Shown in pieces: positions 24,801-37,832 of a stretch of DNA of 64,000 nt; within the stretch, counting starts at the first letter, position 1; each line of letters opens with the position of its first letter. This DNA comes from Lingula anatina (taxonomy: Eukaryota > Animalia > Brachiopoda): assembly GCA_051362555.1 (NCBI GenBank), contig CM120640.1, positions 45,610,788 through 45,674,787 on the forward strand. The letters are read 5' to 3'. Position numbers and translations under genes: made by a program. The notes under the pieces were generated by a model that ran no database searches, was not told the DNA's origin, and saw nothing but the letters and a program-made list of their open reading frames with translations.

Positions 24801-27800
24801 GTCGTCAGTTTAATGGCTGGCCCCTTATCCGTAGTATTATCTACCAATGGTGTTCCGGTCAGTTGTGCATTGAAGTCGGTGGTCGTTAAGATCTTGTCGG
24901 TTACCAAGGTGTTGAAGTCAACGAAGATAGTTTTCAGAGGATTCACAGTGGTTGGTTTAGTTGTGGTAGTTGTGACAGGTCTCTCCGTTGGCATGGTTGT
25001 GCTTTCTGGCGTATCTGTTTTATGGAAAGGAGAGTCTGTTTTAGTAACATTTAATGTAGTAGCAGGGATACTACCAGAGACAGTACCCTGACTGGAAGTC
25101 TCTGAAATAGGTGTGGTTTTCTTTAAAGCGGTTGTGACAGAATCAGAAACGTCCTTCACCGTGTGCGTGCTAAGTTCTAAGCGTGCAGTCGTTGTGTGCA
25201 ATACCTTTGTGCTTTCAGTAGTTTGTAGGGGGAGCTTAGTTTTTGGCAGAGCGGGTGTGGACGATTCTGTCGAATGCAAGCTGTTTGGATTTGAAGTCGA
25301 GCTTTTGGCGTCTTTAGGAGTTGATGTGGAAAGAAATATGGCTGTTGTCTGATATTCTACTACAGTTGTCTTTTCAGTAGTCTTCACAGTTTGGAGTGGC
25401 ATTGTGGCATTTTGTAGAACGCCCGTTGACTTAACAGTGGTGGTTTTAAGCTTGTATGGCGTCGCAGTTGATTTTTCCGTGTTCTTTGTGGACACGGGCG
25501 TTGACGATATGGTGGTCGATGTTAGCTTATCGGTTTTGTCAATGGCCGTGGTTGGTTTAACAGCTGGGGTTGTAACACCTATGGCTTGGGTGAAGTTAAC
25601 TTGAAAAGATGGTGTTGACGCTCCCTCCATTCCGGTAGTTTTGACCATCGTCACATTCTGCTCAGCAGGCAAAGTGATATTCCCTTTGCCTGTTGGTGGT
25701 TTATTTGTTCCAGTTGTCGGTTTTAGTGGATTTAATGGTTTTTGTGTAGACTTGCTGCTTTCCTTTGGGGTTATTGTTGTTTCTGGTATTTTGTGTGAAG
25801 TGCTTTTTGGGTTTAGAGTTGGAGGCATTTTGGAGCTTGATGTTACCTTACTAGTTTTGTCCGACACAGTTACTTCAACAACCTCTTTTGTTGCTTCTAG
25901 GGTTGTTTCACTGTCAGATCTAGTTGGCACTGTCACGAGCCCTTCTTGTGTATAATTATGACTAGGTATTTTAACAGTTTGGGTTGCTGTTGTGTTGAAA
26001 AGATATGGCGCTGTGGGCATTTTTTCTTCCTCGGTGGTTTCAGTCTTTGTGACAAATGGCACGGTTGTGTATTCAAGTTTGAATGGAGATGTTGAGGTTT
26101 TGGTAGTTGTTATTTTCAGTGAGTTTTTAGTGGTTTTGTCGCTGCTCTTTGTAACAAAACTAGTTGTTGGGGTCACTGGACCAGTTTTGTCTGCAACTGG
26201 GGTGCTTTCTTCAGATACTGTCTGACTTACAAGAATATCTTGTGTTGTAATATCCACTTCGCCTGTTACTTTGGGTTCAGAAACTTCAACAAAACGTGTC
26301 GTTCTTTCCAACTCTTTAGTTTCATGAAAAGAACTGGTTGGCATTGTTACGAGTTCCTCTTGCGTATTGTTATAATCAGGCATTTCTACAGTTGGTGTCG
26401 CTGTCGCCTTCTCTTGATAAGATGATGTCGTTACGTCCACTGTTTGGGTATTTTCACCCAAGGTAACATTCCTTTCAGATGGTGAAGTAGCATTTTCCTT
26501 GACAGGTGGCACAGAAAGTATAGGACTTGTTGGTTTCAGTGGATTCAGTGGTTTTTGAGTGGGTGTAACGCTGAATTTCGGACCCATGGTTGATGGTATT
26601 TTAAGTATGGGAGTGCTGGTGGAATGTGAAGTGGGGGGAACCGGGGCTGTGGGCGTACTGCTGATCTTCGGGTTAGATGTGGACGGAAATTTTAAAGTAG
26701 TTTTTGAGTCTGAAATAGGAGGGATTTTCGGTGATGGCGTAGTTTTGCTACTCGAATCTGATGTTGGCGGATATTTTAACGTGGTTGTGCTGTTGGATTT
26801 TGGGTCTGACGTAGGAGGGATTCTGGGCACTGGCGTTGTACTGCCATTTGGATCGGATGTTAAGGGCACTTTAAAAGTAGTTGAGGTATTGAATTTTGGA
26901 ACTGAGGTAGGAGGAAATTTCATCGTTGGTGTTACACTGTCCTTCGGATCTGATGTTGATGGGAATTTGAGAGTGGTTGTGCTATTGGTCTTGGGGTCTG
27001 AAGTTGGAGGAGTTATGACCTTTGGCGTGTTGCTGGTTTTCTGGTCAGTCGTCGAAGGGAAGTTTGGAATAGATGTGGTGTTGAATTTAGGATCGGAGGT
27101 AGCGGGACTTGCGGGTGTAGGTGTTTCACTACTAATACTTAAGAATGTTGTTGATGGACTTTTTGGTGTGGATGAACTATTAGTCTTTGGATCTGAAGTT
27201 GGGGGAGTGTTATACTTTGGGGTGGTCTTTGGGTTTAACGTGAACGGGGTTGTTGGGGTGGCTGTGCCATTGTTCTTTGGTTCTAAAGTTGGAGGACTTT
27301 TGGGTATCGGTGTGCTACTAATAACTGAGGTGGAAGTTGAAGGTAATGCTAATGTCGTTGTGCTGTTGCTATTTGGGTTTGCCGTTGGGGGTGATTGGGG
27401 TGGGGTGGGTTTTGGTGTAGTCTTTTTAACAGCACCAGATGTGAAATCTAGTTCCTGTGTGACGTTGGTTTCTGGTGTGCCAACCGCTTGAGTAGTACCA
27501 TACACTTCTTTAGTGACATTAGTTTTGGGTACGTCAACAGTTTGAGTTGTGAAATATAGTCCCTCGGTCACGCTCGTTTCTGGTGTGACAACCGCTTCGG
27601 TAGTGACATCTGGTCCTTTTGTGACATTGGTTTCAGGTGCGACAATCGCTTGAGTGGTGACATGAACGTCTTGCGTGGCAGCAATAAACGTAGTACCCGT
27701 GGGAACGACAAATGTCGTGGCGTCATATTCCTGAGTTAAAGTGGTTTCGGTGGTAATTGGCGAGGTAGTTGTCGTTGATAGGTTCCCCTTCGCTGAAGTA

Positions 27801-30800
27801 GAACGATGTTGAATATCACTTTTCATCAGGAGAATTGGGTTGTTCTTTCGCATAAAACGTAAAGCTTACTACTCGTTACTAACTATATAGTAAAGTTTCA
27901 GCCTGTTCCAAATATGTGCAAATGTTTCATAACGTTATGCTAAACGTTACTCTAGCTATAGGGGCCCCTGGATAATTAATGTAATATTGTTTCTCATAAG
28001 TGGGGGAATTTTAAATGGATTATCAGTTGTACCTTGTCCTCCAGTGAAAGCTATAGTAGTTCCTACAGATCCCAAGGCTGGACTAGGATCTTCAGTGGTA
28101 ACCATGCTTATATTAGTTGTAGGCGCCGTGGGAACAGCATATGTTGTACCATTAGAACTCTCTATCGTTGTGAATGTTTTTTCCTTTTCCGTCCGCGGAA
28201 AAGGTTTATATGGTAGTTCATATGTTCTGTTGTCTGTTCTGTTGCCTGGTACTAATTGTTAAGGGAATTTGTGTATAACTGTTTCCAGGTTTTGGCTATC
28301 TACGCAGGTTTGGACGCGCTGTTCACTGATATAAGGTAGGGAGGGAGGTTGTGTAGGTGCTTTTCGCTCACTCTTTAGCTTCTGATACTATCACAACCGC
28401 TAGTTATGCAAAGCCGTAGCGTGTTATACAATGCTGATCTAAAAAGCAATGTAAATTTTCTAGCTACTACCAAACAAAATACATTATTCTATGTATATTC
28501 GCATACAATTGAGGATTTAAAGAGATCAGTTGGAATCAAACATGAAGATAAACTCATGATATTTATGCATTTATAACAGTTGATCAACACTAATATGTAC
28601 TTCTAATACCTGTTCAATATTTTTTATTTAGTATCTGACAATTTTCAGAAGAGCACATACTTTTCTTAATTTGCCTGATTCAAATCAGCACATCGTTTTG
28701 TGAATACCACGGGAATGAAATGAGGTTATTCATAATTTTTCTACGTGTTACTAAACGCACGCACACAGGCACGCACGTATTCACACATACACAAACACAC
28801 ACAAAATACCAAGTCCAATATGCGATAAACACTCACCTGTGTCGTTTATTAGACCAATGTTGACCAGGTTGGGGCGCGAGACGTACCAGTAGGTCAGACC
28901 TCGCACTTCAATGGTGGCATACGCTCCGCTTGGGGTCACAGGCCCACCAATGGTGATGGGCTGGCTGACAGGGTTCAGGTTCCGGCGAGTCTGGCACTCG
29001 GAGGCTTTGGTTTCTGCCACGACGCGATTGTTCATGTAGAGCTGAACACCGGTCTGTTGGTCGAAAGAAACTTCCAATTTGACTTCTTGGTTGACTGTGA
29101 GGATATTGGGCTGGCTATTGGCTGTGCAATCAAGGCTGCTCGTGCGGACAGTCAGGCTGAGGCCATTGTTAACGGTGATCAAGTTGATACCATTTGAATC
29201 ATTCTTGGTCAAATCTGCGCTAGATATGATTACGGCGTTCGGGGTAAGCGTTTGGAATTTAACGTTTAGGCCTATGGTGAGACCAGTCGTACAGCGGTTA
29301 AGATTGCCCAGGCACTCCCGGCTCTTTGTAGGCATTTGGATAGCTTGGTTTTGGCCGTTCAGCTGCAGCGTATTGCCAAGGAGAACCGGGTTGCCTATCA
29401 CCGTCAGATTGATGGATGTTGATACCAAAGTGGTACCGATGATGTTCTGGAACACACATTTTTGGGTGACGACAGTAGATGCTGAAATGTGAAAGAAAAG
29501 GCAAGTTCATAACATGCAGCAAATATTGCGGTGGCATCTATAAAAAGTCCTTGGGTGAATTAATGTACTGCATTTAATTCTGTTCTTAAGGCATTATTTG
29601 TTTAGTCTGTTACAAACAAGAACTGTAGGTTCTAAGAGCATCACCCAAAACTTGTCAAAGTGAATGTAAATGTGAAAAAAGGGAAAAGAAATACGATCAC
29701 TTTTCGGTAAAGATCTACACTCTCAGCTCGAGATTTATCGTGATTATAATATTCAGTTTCTCAGGGAGACTTACGTGTCAGCTGGCACTGAGCACCTCCG
29801 AAACCTTTAGGGCAGCTACACTGGTTGGGTCCCTTGCATGATCCGCCGTTTTTGCATGGCACAGAGCATAGATCTAAAACAGTTTGCATTTGGAGTTTTT
29901 GAATATGCAACCATTTGAAAAAAAGACAGATTCCTTAATCGAAAAATCTGAAACGCTATCAGATCCTTCACAGATGCTACCTGCGAGGTTGCGTTAATGT
30001 ATGCGTTTTGATTATGTAATTTCTGAGTCATGCATAACAGATGCCATATTATTGGATTGAATTCAAATAAATTCAGTAATCAGAAGACAATATATAATCA
30101 ATAACTATTATAACTACTATAAGATAAAAACAGCTTCACCTACTTGTGGGGTCGCATCCAAAAAATTCAAACTGGGAACAGGGTCTGTTTTTAAAATCTT
30201 CCACATACAGTTGAATTTTGTCCGTTACAAAAGGAGTTATCCCAATAGTGTATGAAAGACTGTCGTTGTAAGCCGCGGGAAATATCTGGAAGAAAGGATA
30301 TTCTTAACCACATGTATGGGCTCATTGCTAGTAGACGTTTGCAACAAGGCTTTAACTGGAATATAAAATTGTTTCAAGAAAAACATTATAAGTGACTAAC
30401 ACTGATTGTAACGGAAAAATTTTAAAAAATTTAAAAGGATGAAATGATGTGTTGTCGCTTACGACAACAATTTGCGTTTACAATCGTATCACTAGTCAGC
30501 TTTGTATTATTATGCAAATCATTTGCTCTGTATATATACTGTCTGCAGTAGTTCTGGGCGCGGCCACGTTGTATTTGACGAGCGAAGGCTCAGGTCGCCG
30601 AGTCTGAAGTTTTAGTAGGCAAAATTTGTGGATCAACATTGGACAGGAAAGCCACATTTCTCTGTACGTATTGTATTCAATTCTATTGTTAATCATTTGC
30701 ACAACATTTCCCGTTTCTTATAATTAATTCATTATTTCTTTTTATATTTGTATTCAGTTTATATTATATTTGTGTATTTTGTATAATTAGGTTGGTGTTT

Positions 30801-33800
30801 ATCTTTCATTATTTTGTTATTTTTAGTTTCACCATGTCCATGTCAGTGTGTGCGTGAAATAAAGGTGTGAACATTTCCCGTCGTTTGTTTGTTTGGTGCG
30901 GGATCCGCAACATGATGTATTTGAAATTACCGCGGCTCCTCGATAGTCGCCATAATACTTCCACTTTGTCGTCTGTGGCACATGGTACCGAACTCTGTAC
31001 GATTTCAGATACGTAGTCTGGTAGGTCGACTGGTCGTTCCTGCCTGGATGTCTTGAGCCGATAGCCGATATACGCATCGGTTTGTCTAATGCTACTTGTA
31101 AATACTCAGTTTTAGCAGTTGTAGCTGGGCACCAACCCCCTACAGGTGTACCTGCGTCTAAAAGTAAAAAGGCGGTGGTATATGTGGGCCTATGGTTCAA
31201 TATAGAACATAATGCAGTAAAATATTTTTGTATCAAATGCTTGCTGCATCACGATATTGGTTAATAACGTGCATCTCTGTCTTTGTATCACGTATTTGGT
31301 TCATTTTAAAACTGACAAAACACAAGAGGCAAAGTAAGTAGTAAATATGTCTTTTGAAAGATTATACAAGCGGTTTGCAAATAAATGTGGCATGTTACGT
31401 ACTTTCACAGCAGCCATAACGGGCGTACTCAAGTCTGCTGTCAGCTGCAGTTGACGAGGCCGTGATCTGGTTCGAACGAATACTACCGTCTCCCATCCCG
31501 AGTGCAGTATTACAGTTGACGTCTACAGAAAACGTACACAAATGTTTCGTATAAAAATATACATCTGTTACTATACGATTTCACAAACGTGCACATCAAA
31601 AGAATCCCTCTTTAACAAACCGCCGAACACGCTTATATATTTGCTACAATTAAATATTAAATTAACACATTTCAACAATTTAAATTAACAAAAATTGCAG
31701 AGATTATTTCATCCTTGTTTGAACTGGTTATAAAATTATATTTACTTGAGTGTTCGCATCTATCTCCGTAGAAACCAAACGGACATTGACAACTATTGAG
31801 TCCGTTGCAATGTCCGCCGTTTTCACATCCAAGTGGGCATACGTCTGAAAATTATACAATATTAAGATTCCCAATAATGTTCTGTACGTAAATCGTGATT
31901 TTATATATAAAAAAACAAATGGTCGATTAGTATTACAGGAATGAAAGATAATGTTTGTTTTGCAAATACACACGCACATATGCACGCATGGCTGTTATTA
32001 TAAAAATATGAAAAAAAATGGTTTAAATTCCAGCTTGTTTTATTCTTTTGCTGAAGAAAAGGCACGATTGACTCATGACTAACCATATGGATCACATCCG
32101 AAGAGTTCCATCCTGAAACACGGCTGCTGCTCAAAGGACACCACCTGAATGCGGATACTGTCCACCGTGAGGTACCCGATGTTAGTTTTATAGGCAAGTG
32201 AACTATTGAAAGCTCCCTGGGCAATCTGGAATATAATCAGAATATAATCTGGAATATAATCGGAGCAGGAATAAAATTCTAGCAAATATGCACTTGGTTG
32301 CATATACAGTATTGTAAGCTTAGTTTATCATACGGCAGCCAAATGAAAGAGTACTTGCAGGAGGCTGGAATAACCTGTAACACACTTGCAATCTTTTCTA
32401 AAATAAGGGTAACTTACCGCTGGTTGATTGCCATAGAGAAGATCCGTCAAAGTACCATTACTGCCTGGCGACGCATACTTAATGCGGTAGGTTTTCATGT
32501 AGTCGGTTGGGTATCTGGTGTTGTCCACTGTAGCTGGATGGGAGATCTGTATGGCTGTTATCAGGGTAGGGGTGTCGAAATTGACCTGGACCCACTCGCC
32601 TTGCGCTGCGTTGGCCGGGCACCATCCTCCGATGGTCATGCCTACATCGATTAATATCCAGGAATTTTCCATAGACATTCATTATAGTATATGTACTACC
32701 TTAAAAGAGGCAGTTTTTTGGTTCTCATTTTTTTGTTTGTTTTTGTTGGAAATGTGTTCGGATGTTAGAAAACGTCTCGTGATTTCTGAATCGGTCTTCT
32801 TACCGTATCTACCGTAACGGATTAGCCTACATCAGAAACCTGCGCATTATTGATTTTAAGTAAGAAGACAGAATACATTAACAGTGTAAGATAACATACT
32901 TAATTACTTCAGAGAAGAAAAAAGAAGAGTGTAAGTGACTAGCAGATAATGTATTAAGAATATCAATGATCTTCAACTGACTGTACTCACCATCACAGCA
33001 ACCAAATCTCACATACTCCTTGTTGCTGTTCGCCGCAGTTGACGACACTGTAATTTGAGATGATTTGATTCTCTTGTCCTGAAGACCCAAGGGCTGGTCA
33101 CATGTTTGTGCTGAAGCTGAAAAATTGGTAGATAATTATTGATTAAGTACAAGGTAACTAGTTACTGTTGAGAATAAGATACATGTAACCTCTGCATAGT
33201 GTTTGTAAAATGTAGGCCTAATTAAGTAAGCCTACAAAGTGTAGTCTTTCTGGACGCAAATTGGTCACTTGGGCTCTTTCTAGAATTCATCTACGTAGAG
33301 ACAGTTACATGACAATTTATGTTATTACAATAAGGGGAACTGTTGATTCGCCCATGTTTGATGTCCTGTTCGCCTTGATTGCGTAACTTAGTTTAAATGT
33401 AATTTTAAATTTTTGAAAAATAAACCTTCCCAAGGTAATGCACAATATAACTTCCAACATGTGTATACATGTATATGTGTATACTGTATATTCTTACACT
33501 GATTAAGATAAATCTCGAAAGATCTCTCATTAAAAAAAACTGAAAGGTCTTTTGCTTGTACTATTCATGTGCGACAGAAGTCTGCTTCGGCATCTTTTGA
33601 TCAACACACGTTAATATAAAAATTGATAATAATAAAAGCGACGACAGGAGCATAAGCAACAACACATATAAGCATACATTTACTGACTAGTCCTAGGTAA
33701 AACAAAAACAAAATGTCCCTGGTATGATATACACGCATTGTTTACTTTCTATCTATTTATTATACATTTCTTTGTTTATCTATAAATTTTGGTTTATTCG

Positions 33801-36476
33801 AATCAATCCAAGCACGATTTGGTACAATTTAGTGCCCACCTCCATCCAGGGGGGGATTTTGAATTAAACAGCACTTAGAAACTTGTAAATGACGTAAATT
33901 AGTTTAATTTACCATTGCAATAATCACCCCTGTCGCAGCTATTTAATAAGTTTGAATTCAAAAACTGAAAAAAGTTAAGTGTTTGGCACACATACAAAGC
34001 CCTCAAATCACCGCTTTTTAACGCGTCGGAAGGGAGTTATAAAAGGGCGATAAATCTATCCCTTTTTTCAGAACGCACAATGGTAAAATAAGCCCCTACT
34101 CCAAGCTTCTTTACAGATCCATTTACACTATCGTTTTCACACTAAGGCCCCCCACACCCAGTTACGTGAACAGTTAAATTAATATAAATTAGACAAGGAA
34201 CACAAGGTATATAGAAACGTCTTACATAAATCGACATTCAATCGCGAGGAAATGCGTTAATGTTGATAGTCGAGTTGCGTGGGAAGCGGCGCAAGATACG
34301 TTGATGGGTGGAGGGCGTCGGCATTCCGTTGTTGTTAGTTTAATACTTCATGAATTAATCTCGTAGATAGTATATATCACGCTACTATTTTATAGCTGTT
34401 TGCTTTAGCGAGATAGCCTGTAAATCAAATAAGCAGGTATTGTCTAACTATTCTACATTGATATCGGCAAGACGTGTCCTTCTCACCGATATAGAAAGTG
34501 ACCAGCGCTTAGCATTAAGTTTTACGAAGATCCGTTCGTTGAAGATGTTTTTCAGCGACTTTATTTCGATTTGCGGATTCCTTTTTAATTGCGTTCTTAT
34601 CAAAGTGCACACTTAGATAAAATAAGTTACCACAAGGACACTCCAATTACTGATAGGGGCTTATCTTAAAACTGGAACGAGCAGGTGGTATGACGAATAA
34701 TTCATTTACGGTTTACCTTATTTGCTGAATTTGCCCCGGATTTTTAAAATATGAAATTTTGTTTAAAAAAAATTAACACCATTAATTCAATTGTTGAGTG
34801 ATAAATTGAATCGCCGCCGGCGTCGAGTCTCAAGTACGTACTGAGTCTAAAGGTATACAAGTTCAAGTACGTAGGCAGTCAACGTCATTTTTCTTTTTAA
34901 AAAAGCACTGAAAGACACGCCCGTAGAACTTGATCAATGATGACAAGTCCAACATCGAGAACGATAACGAGTTGACACGTCACTATTTTGTGAAACACGC
35001 TGTATATTTGCACAACACCTACACTACCGTTTATCAACAGGCGTTGAACAGAAATGCTTAGTAGTTTAGTATTTTTTTAAATATTCATCTTTTCAGTCTC
35101 AAGATCCGTTGTAAGTACTGACTTCCCATCCAGATTATGCCCAAAAACTTTTTATAATCAAGATTTCCTTGAGCTTGAAATTATTTGCTCAATTTTATAA
35201 TTACGTGTAGATTATGACGAAAGTGGGTGGGGTTTCTCTTGTAGTAACAAATCTTTTAAATACATATACGCTTTTGAGAGAGAAAAAAATGAAATCCTTC
35301 TTTGTATTCAAATGTATAGCATTATAATTTGAACTCAAGAGAAAAATACCAAGTTTCATTTTGAACCTAAATATATATTATCTACCTCAATTGTGAACAT
35401 CACGAGCTTTATGATGCATTACCCTGGATACGCCGTTGAAGTGGGAACCTCTACATTTAGTCGTGAAAAAGAGCAGTCATGTAATACATACGTTACCTCG
35501 ACGAAAAGTTTGACTTTGTTATAATGCTTGAGAATTCAGCTGAGTGTTTAATAATGTCCAAGCAAACGTCAAGGTGTAAAAACTGAAATCTGTGTATGAC
35601 CATCCGTTTTAGAGAAATTCCAATATGAAAACAGAACTTTTACAAATTGAGGAATAAACAGAAAAAAGGAGAAAAATAATGTTGTTTAATAAAAGAAATG
35701 TTCGTTCCAAATATCACTTGAACTATCCTGTTGAAAAAGTAGTGTTTACAAGCACAGTTGCATGCCAGTGATATGTGTTTTCAGATACAAAAGATTAAAG
35801 ACAAATACGAGTTTCTTGACAGAACAGGTCGAGAGTCAAATTCATTAAATGCACATCGTTCATAATATATAAACGAAAAATTGGTAAAAAGATGTTTCGC
35901 CATATGGACTCCACATATCCTAAAATAATACAGATCATGAATGATTGACGGTAAATAAAAAGTTTATGTAAAATTGTTACTTACTTCCAATGGTCAAAAC
36001 CGCTAGTACGATACAGAAAGTGTTATTTATTTCTCTTTTTCTGTAAAAAAAGAAAGAAATCGGAAATACACGGTTAATCCCGATGACAAATTACATGATG
36101 CGCAATCTCCGAGCCCGAAAATGACATGAAATCACAATGAAGCTATATGTATATTTGACCGATACTTAAAATACTTATACTTTTAAACCTCATTTATTCT
36201 TTAAAACGTTTTTACTTTCAATATTTCATTTATACATTATATCTGTTGACATGCTGGATTTTTAAACCCTGAACTATTTCCTCCATGAGTTTTTCTTTCT
36301 TTTCATTTTTTCTTAATCATTCTTCTTTTTAAGTATATCTCTCTTTCTTGTTTTAAAAAGGTTAACCTAAATAATATATTTCCATATCTTTAGTATAAAC
36401 TAAATATTTGTTTTATAAAGAAAACAATATAGATGAGAAGATCAGAATACCTGTGGCTACTTGTTCCCATTCTCAT
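15446..36476 (-). CDS. Large type I membrane protein, VWDE-like: signal peptide, 2x(F5/8 type C + EGF), LamG-like, mucin-like PTS region, LamG-like, VWD, EGF, TM, Tyr-rich cytoplasmic tail (~2865 aa)
   Basis: 31 phase-consistent GT-AG exons (high-low): 36476-36451, 36040-35985, 33116-32991, 32641-32418, 32225-32084, 31844-31746, 31522-31403, 31157-30931, 30285-30144, 29873-29775, 29481-28837, 28251-28033 (tentative), 27792-24304, 23681-23550, 23077-22845, 22594-22502, 22196-21774, 21488-21412, 21157-21094, 20944-20693, 20459-20357, 20166-20058, 19727-19576, 19261-19119, 18763-18611, 18194-18005, 17600-17410, 17107-16874, 16537-16432, 16116-15972, 15629-15446; total 8598 nt. Motifs: signal peptide [14 protein letters not shown]|QTC; discoidin [21 protein letters not shown]...CFRMELFGC; EGF CENGGHC...[12 protein letters not shown]; [16 protein letters not shown]...GLCGNYDG...FSKSWR; [30 protein letters not shown]; [25 protein letters not shown]. 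Confidence 0.88.
15767..15821. repeat. Compound (AAC)n(AAT)n microsatellite
   Basis: Read directly, in the last intron of the VWDE-like gene. Confidence 0.9.
23858..24195 (+). mobile_element. TTAA-flanked MITE (Kolobok-like), copy 2
   Basis: TTAA|AGGGATAATAACTCTTCGT...ACGAAGAGTTATTATCCCT|TTAA, a perfect 19-bp TIR. Homologous to 11799-12135. Confidence 0.88.
26540..27675 (-). repeat. Coding tandem repeats inside the mucin exon (18-aa and 16-aa imperfect units)
   Basis: About 4x [18 protein letters not shown]-like units at ~27440-27675, and more than 10x [16 protein letters not shown]-like units at ~26540-27400. Boundaries approximate. Confidence 0.8.
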
Positions 36477-37124
36477 GTACTCCTGTGTTTCGTTGAAAGT
36501 GGCCGAATCTGCGCTGCCAATAACTTAAATACTTTTCAAAATCTGCGCAAGTGATTATTGCTAGGGCGGAAATCAGTGGGGCTTTATCACACCCAAGATA
36601 AGACGCGTAGCAGTTCATAATTCCAATGACATTTTTATGACTCCAGATAGTAAAGAGTACAATACTGAGTTCTCTCGGGTGCAAAGAACGGGGACTAAGG
36701 TACCTGTTGGTTAATTATAAACTACTCCGCTAGCCGTAAAGTAAACATCAACACTCATTTATTAAATTACACCATTGACACTCCTCTCTGACAAATACTG
36801 GCAGATTTCATTTTCATTGCAATCGTATGGAATTTTTGCTTATCCAAAGACGGATTTTCTTTTTACAGATTTAAGAAAAAAAGAGATCTAAAGCCAAGAC
36901 AAGGAATTGAGTAAGCGTCAACTCTTTTAAGATACAAATGTATGTTTAAAAAGAAACAAGCACTTTTGTATTGTTGCTTATAGGGTGCATTTAGGAAAAC
37001 AAATTTCGAATATTTGAATTAGAATTTGAGATAGCCAAACATTGAATATGTTTAGAACTGAAAAGGCATAATTTGATTATTCATGTTTCTAATTTGAGCT
37101 AATGATGCATCGCCTGAAGTGGTA

Positions 37125-37167
<43 letters not shown>

Positions 37168-37168
37168 A
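37125..37168. repeat. (TAAA)n microsatellite
   Basis: Read directly. Confidence 0.9.
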
Positions 37169-37832
37169 AGAAATAAAAGAAATAAAGGAAAAAGATGAAC
37201 AGATACTTCTAACGTTGCACTAAACAATAAATCCACTGCTATGAAAAACAATCAAATAAGATATACTGTGTTGTGAGACAGGGTGCAAATCTAATTAAGA
37301 GTGCGATATCGCCTTGCTTTGGTCCTTCTGTGTATACTTTCTAGGCGTACACCTATTCAGGAACAAACAAAACTGGAGACGTGTCATAAATTTTGTCATC
37401 TGGGGTTTTATTGTCAAAAGTTCGTATCTCACGAACATAAAAAGTAAATCACTCTCATGTTTACCTTTCCACGTAAGTCAGCGGCGTGGACAATGGTGGG
37501 GCGATTGCCAAATTTGTAAAACACTTTTGATTAAAGGACTACTTGATCCAGGATGCAAGTACAAGTTGCATATGACTCAATTCGTCCTTAGTCTATCGTT
37601 TAATTGTATGGCCTGATAAAACTAAAAATTATCATGTGTTATTTTGACACTAATTTGTTGAAGTTATTTGGACTTGAGTCAATTTGCTTTATGGTGACAT
37701 GCAGTTTACTTTTTGATTTAGCTTGTTACATGAATACAATTGAACCAGAGACGATCTCATTTCGCAGTCTGGTGACGTCATTAAAACCTAACCCCGGGTA
37801 AGTTTATCTCTACTCTCAGACACACCTAGGGC

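Noticed and set aside
24275-27853. The 1192-aa ORF as a stand-alone intronless gene
   Set aside because: No signal peptide at its ATG, and it is bounded by a good acceptor (27793) and donor (24303) in phase with neighbouring exons.
24723-28262. Plus-strand Val/Gly-rich ORFs (e.g. 26559-27491, 310 aa)
   Set aside because: Antisense shadows of the Thr/Pro codon-biased mucin exon, with no independent splice or domain evidence.
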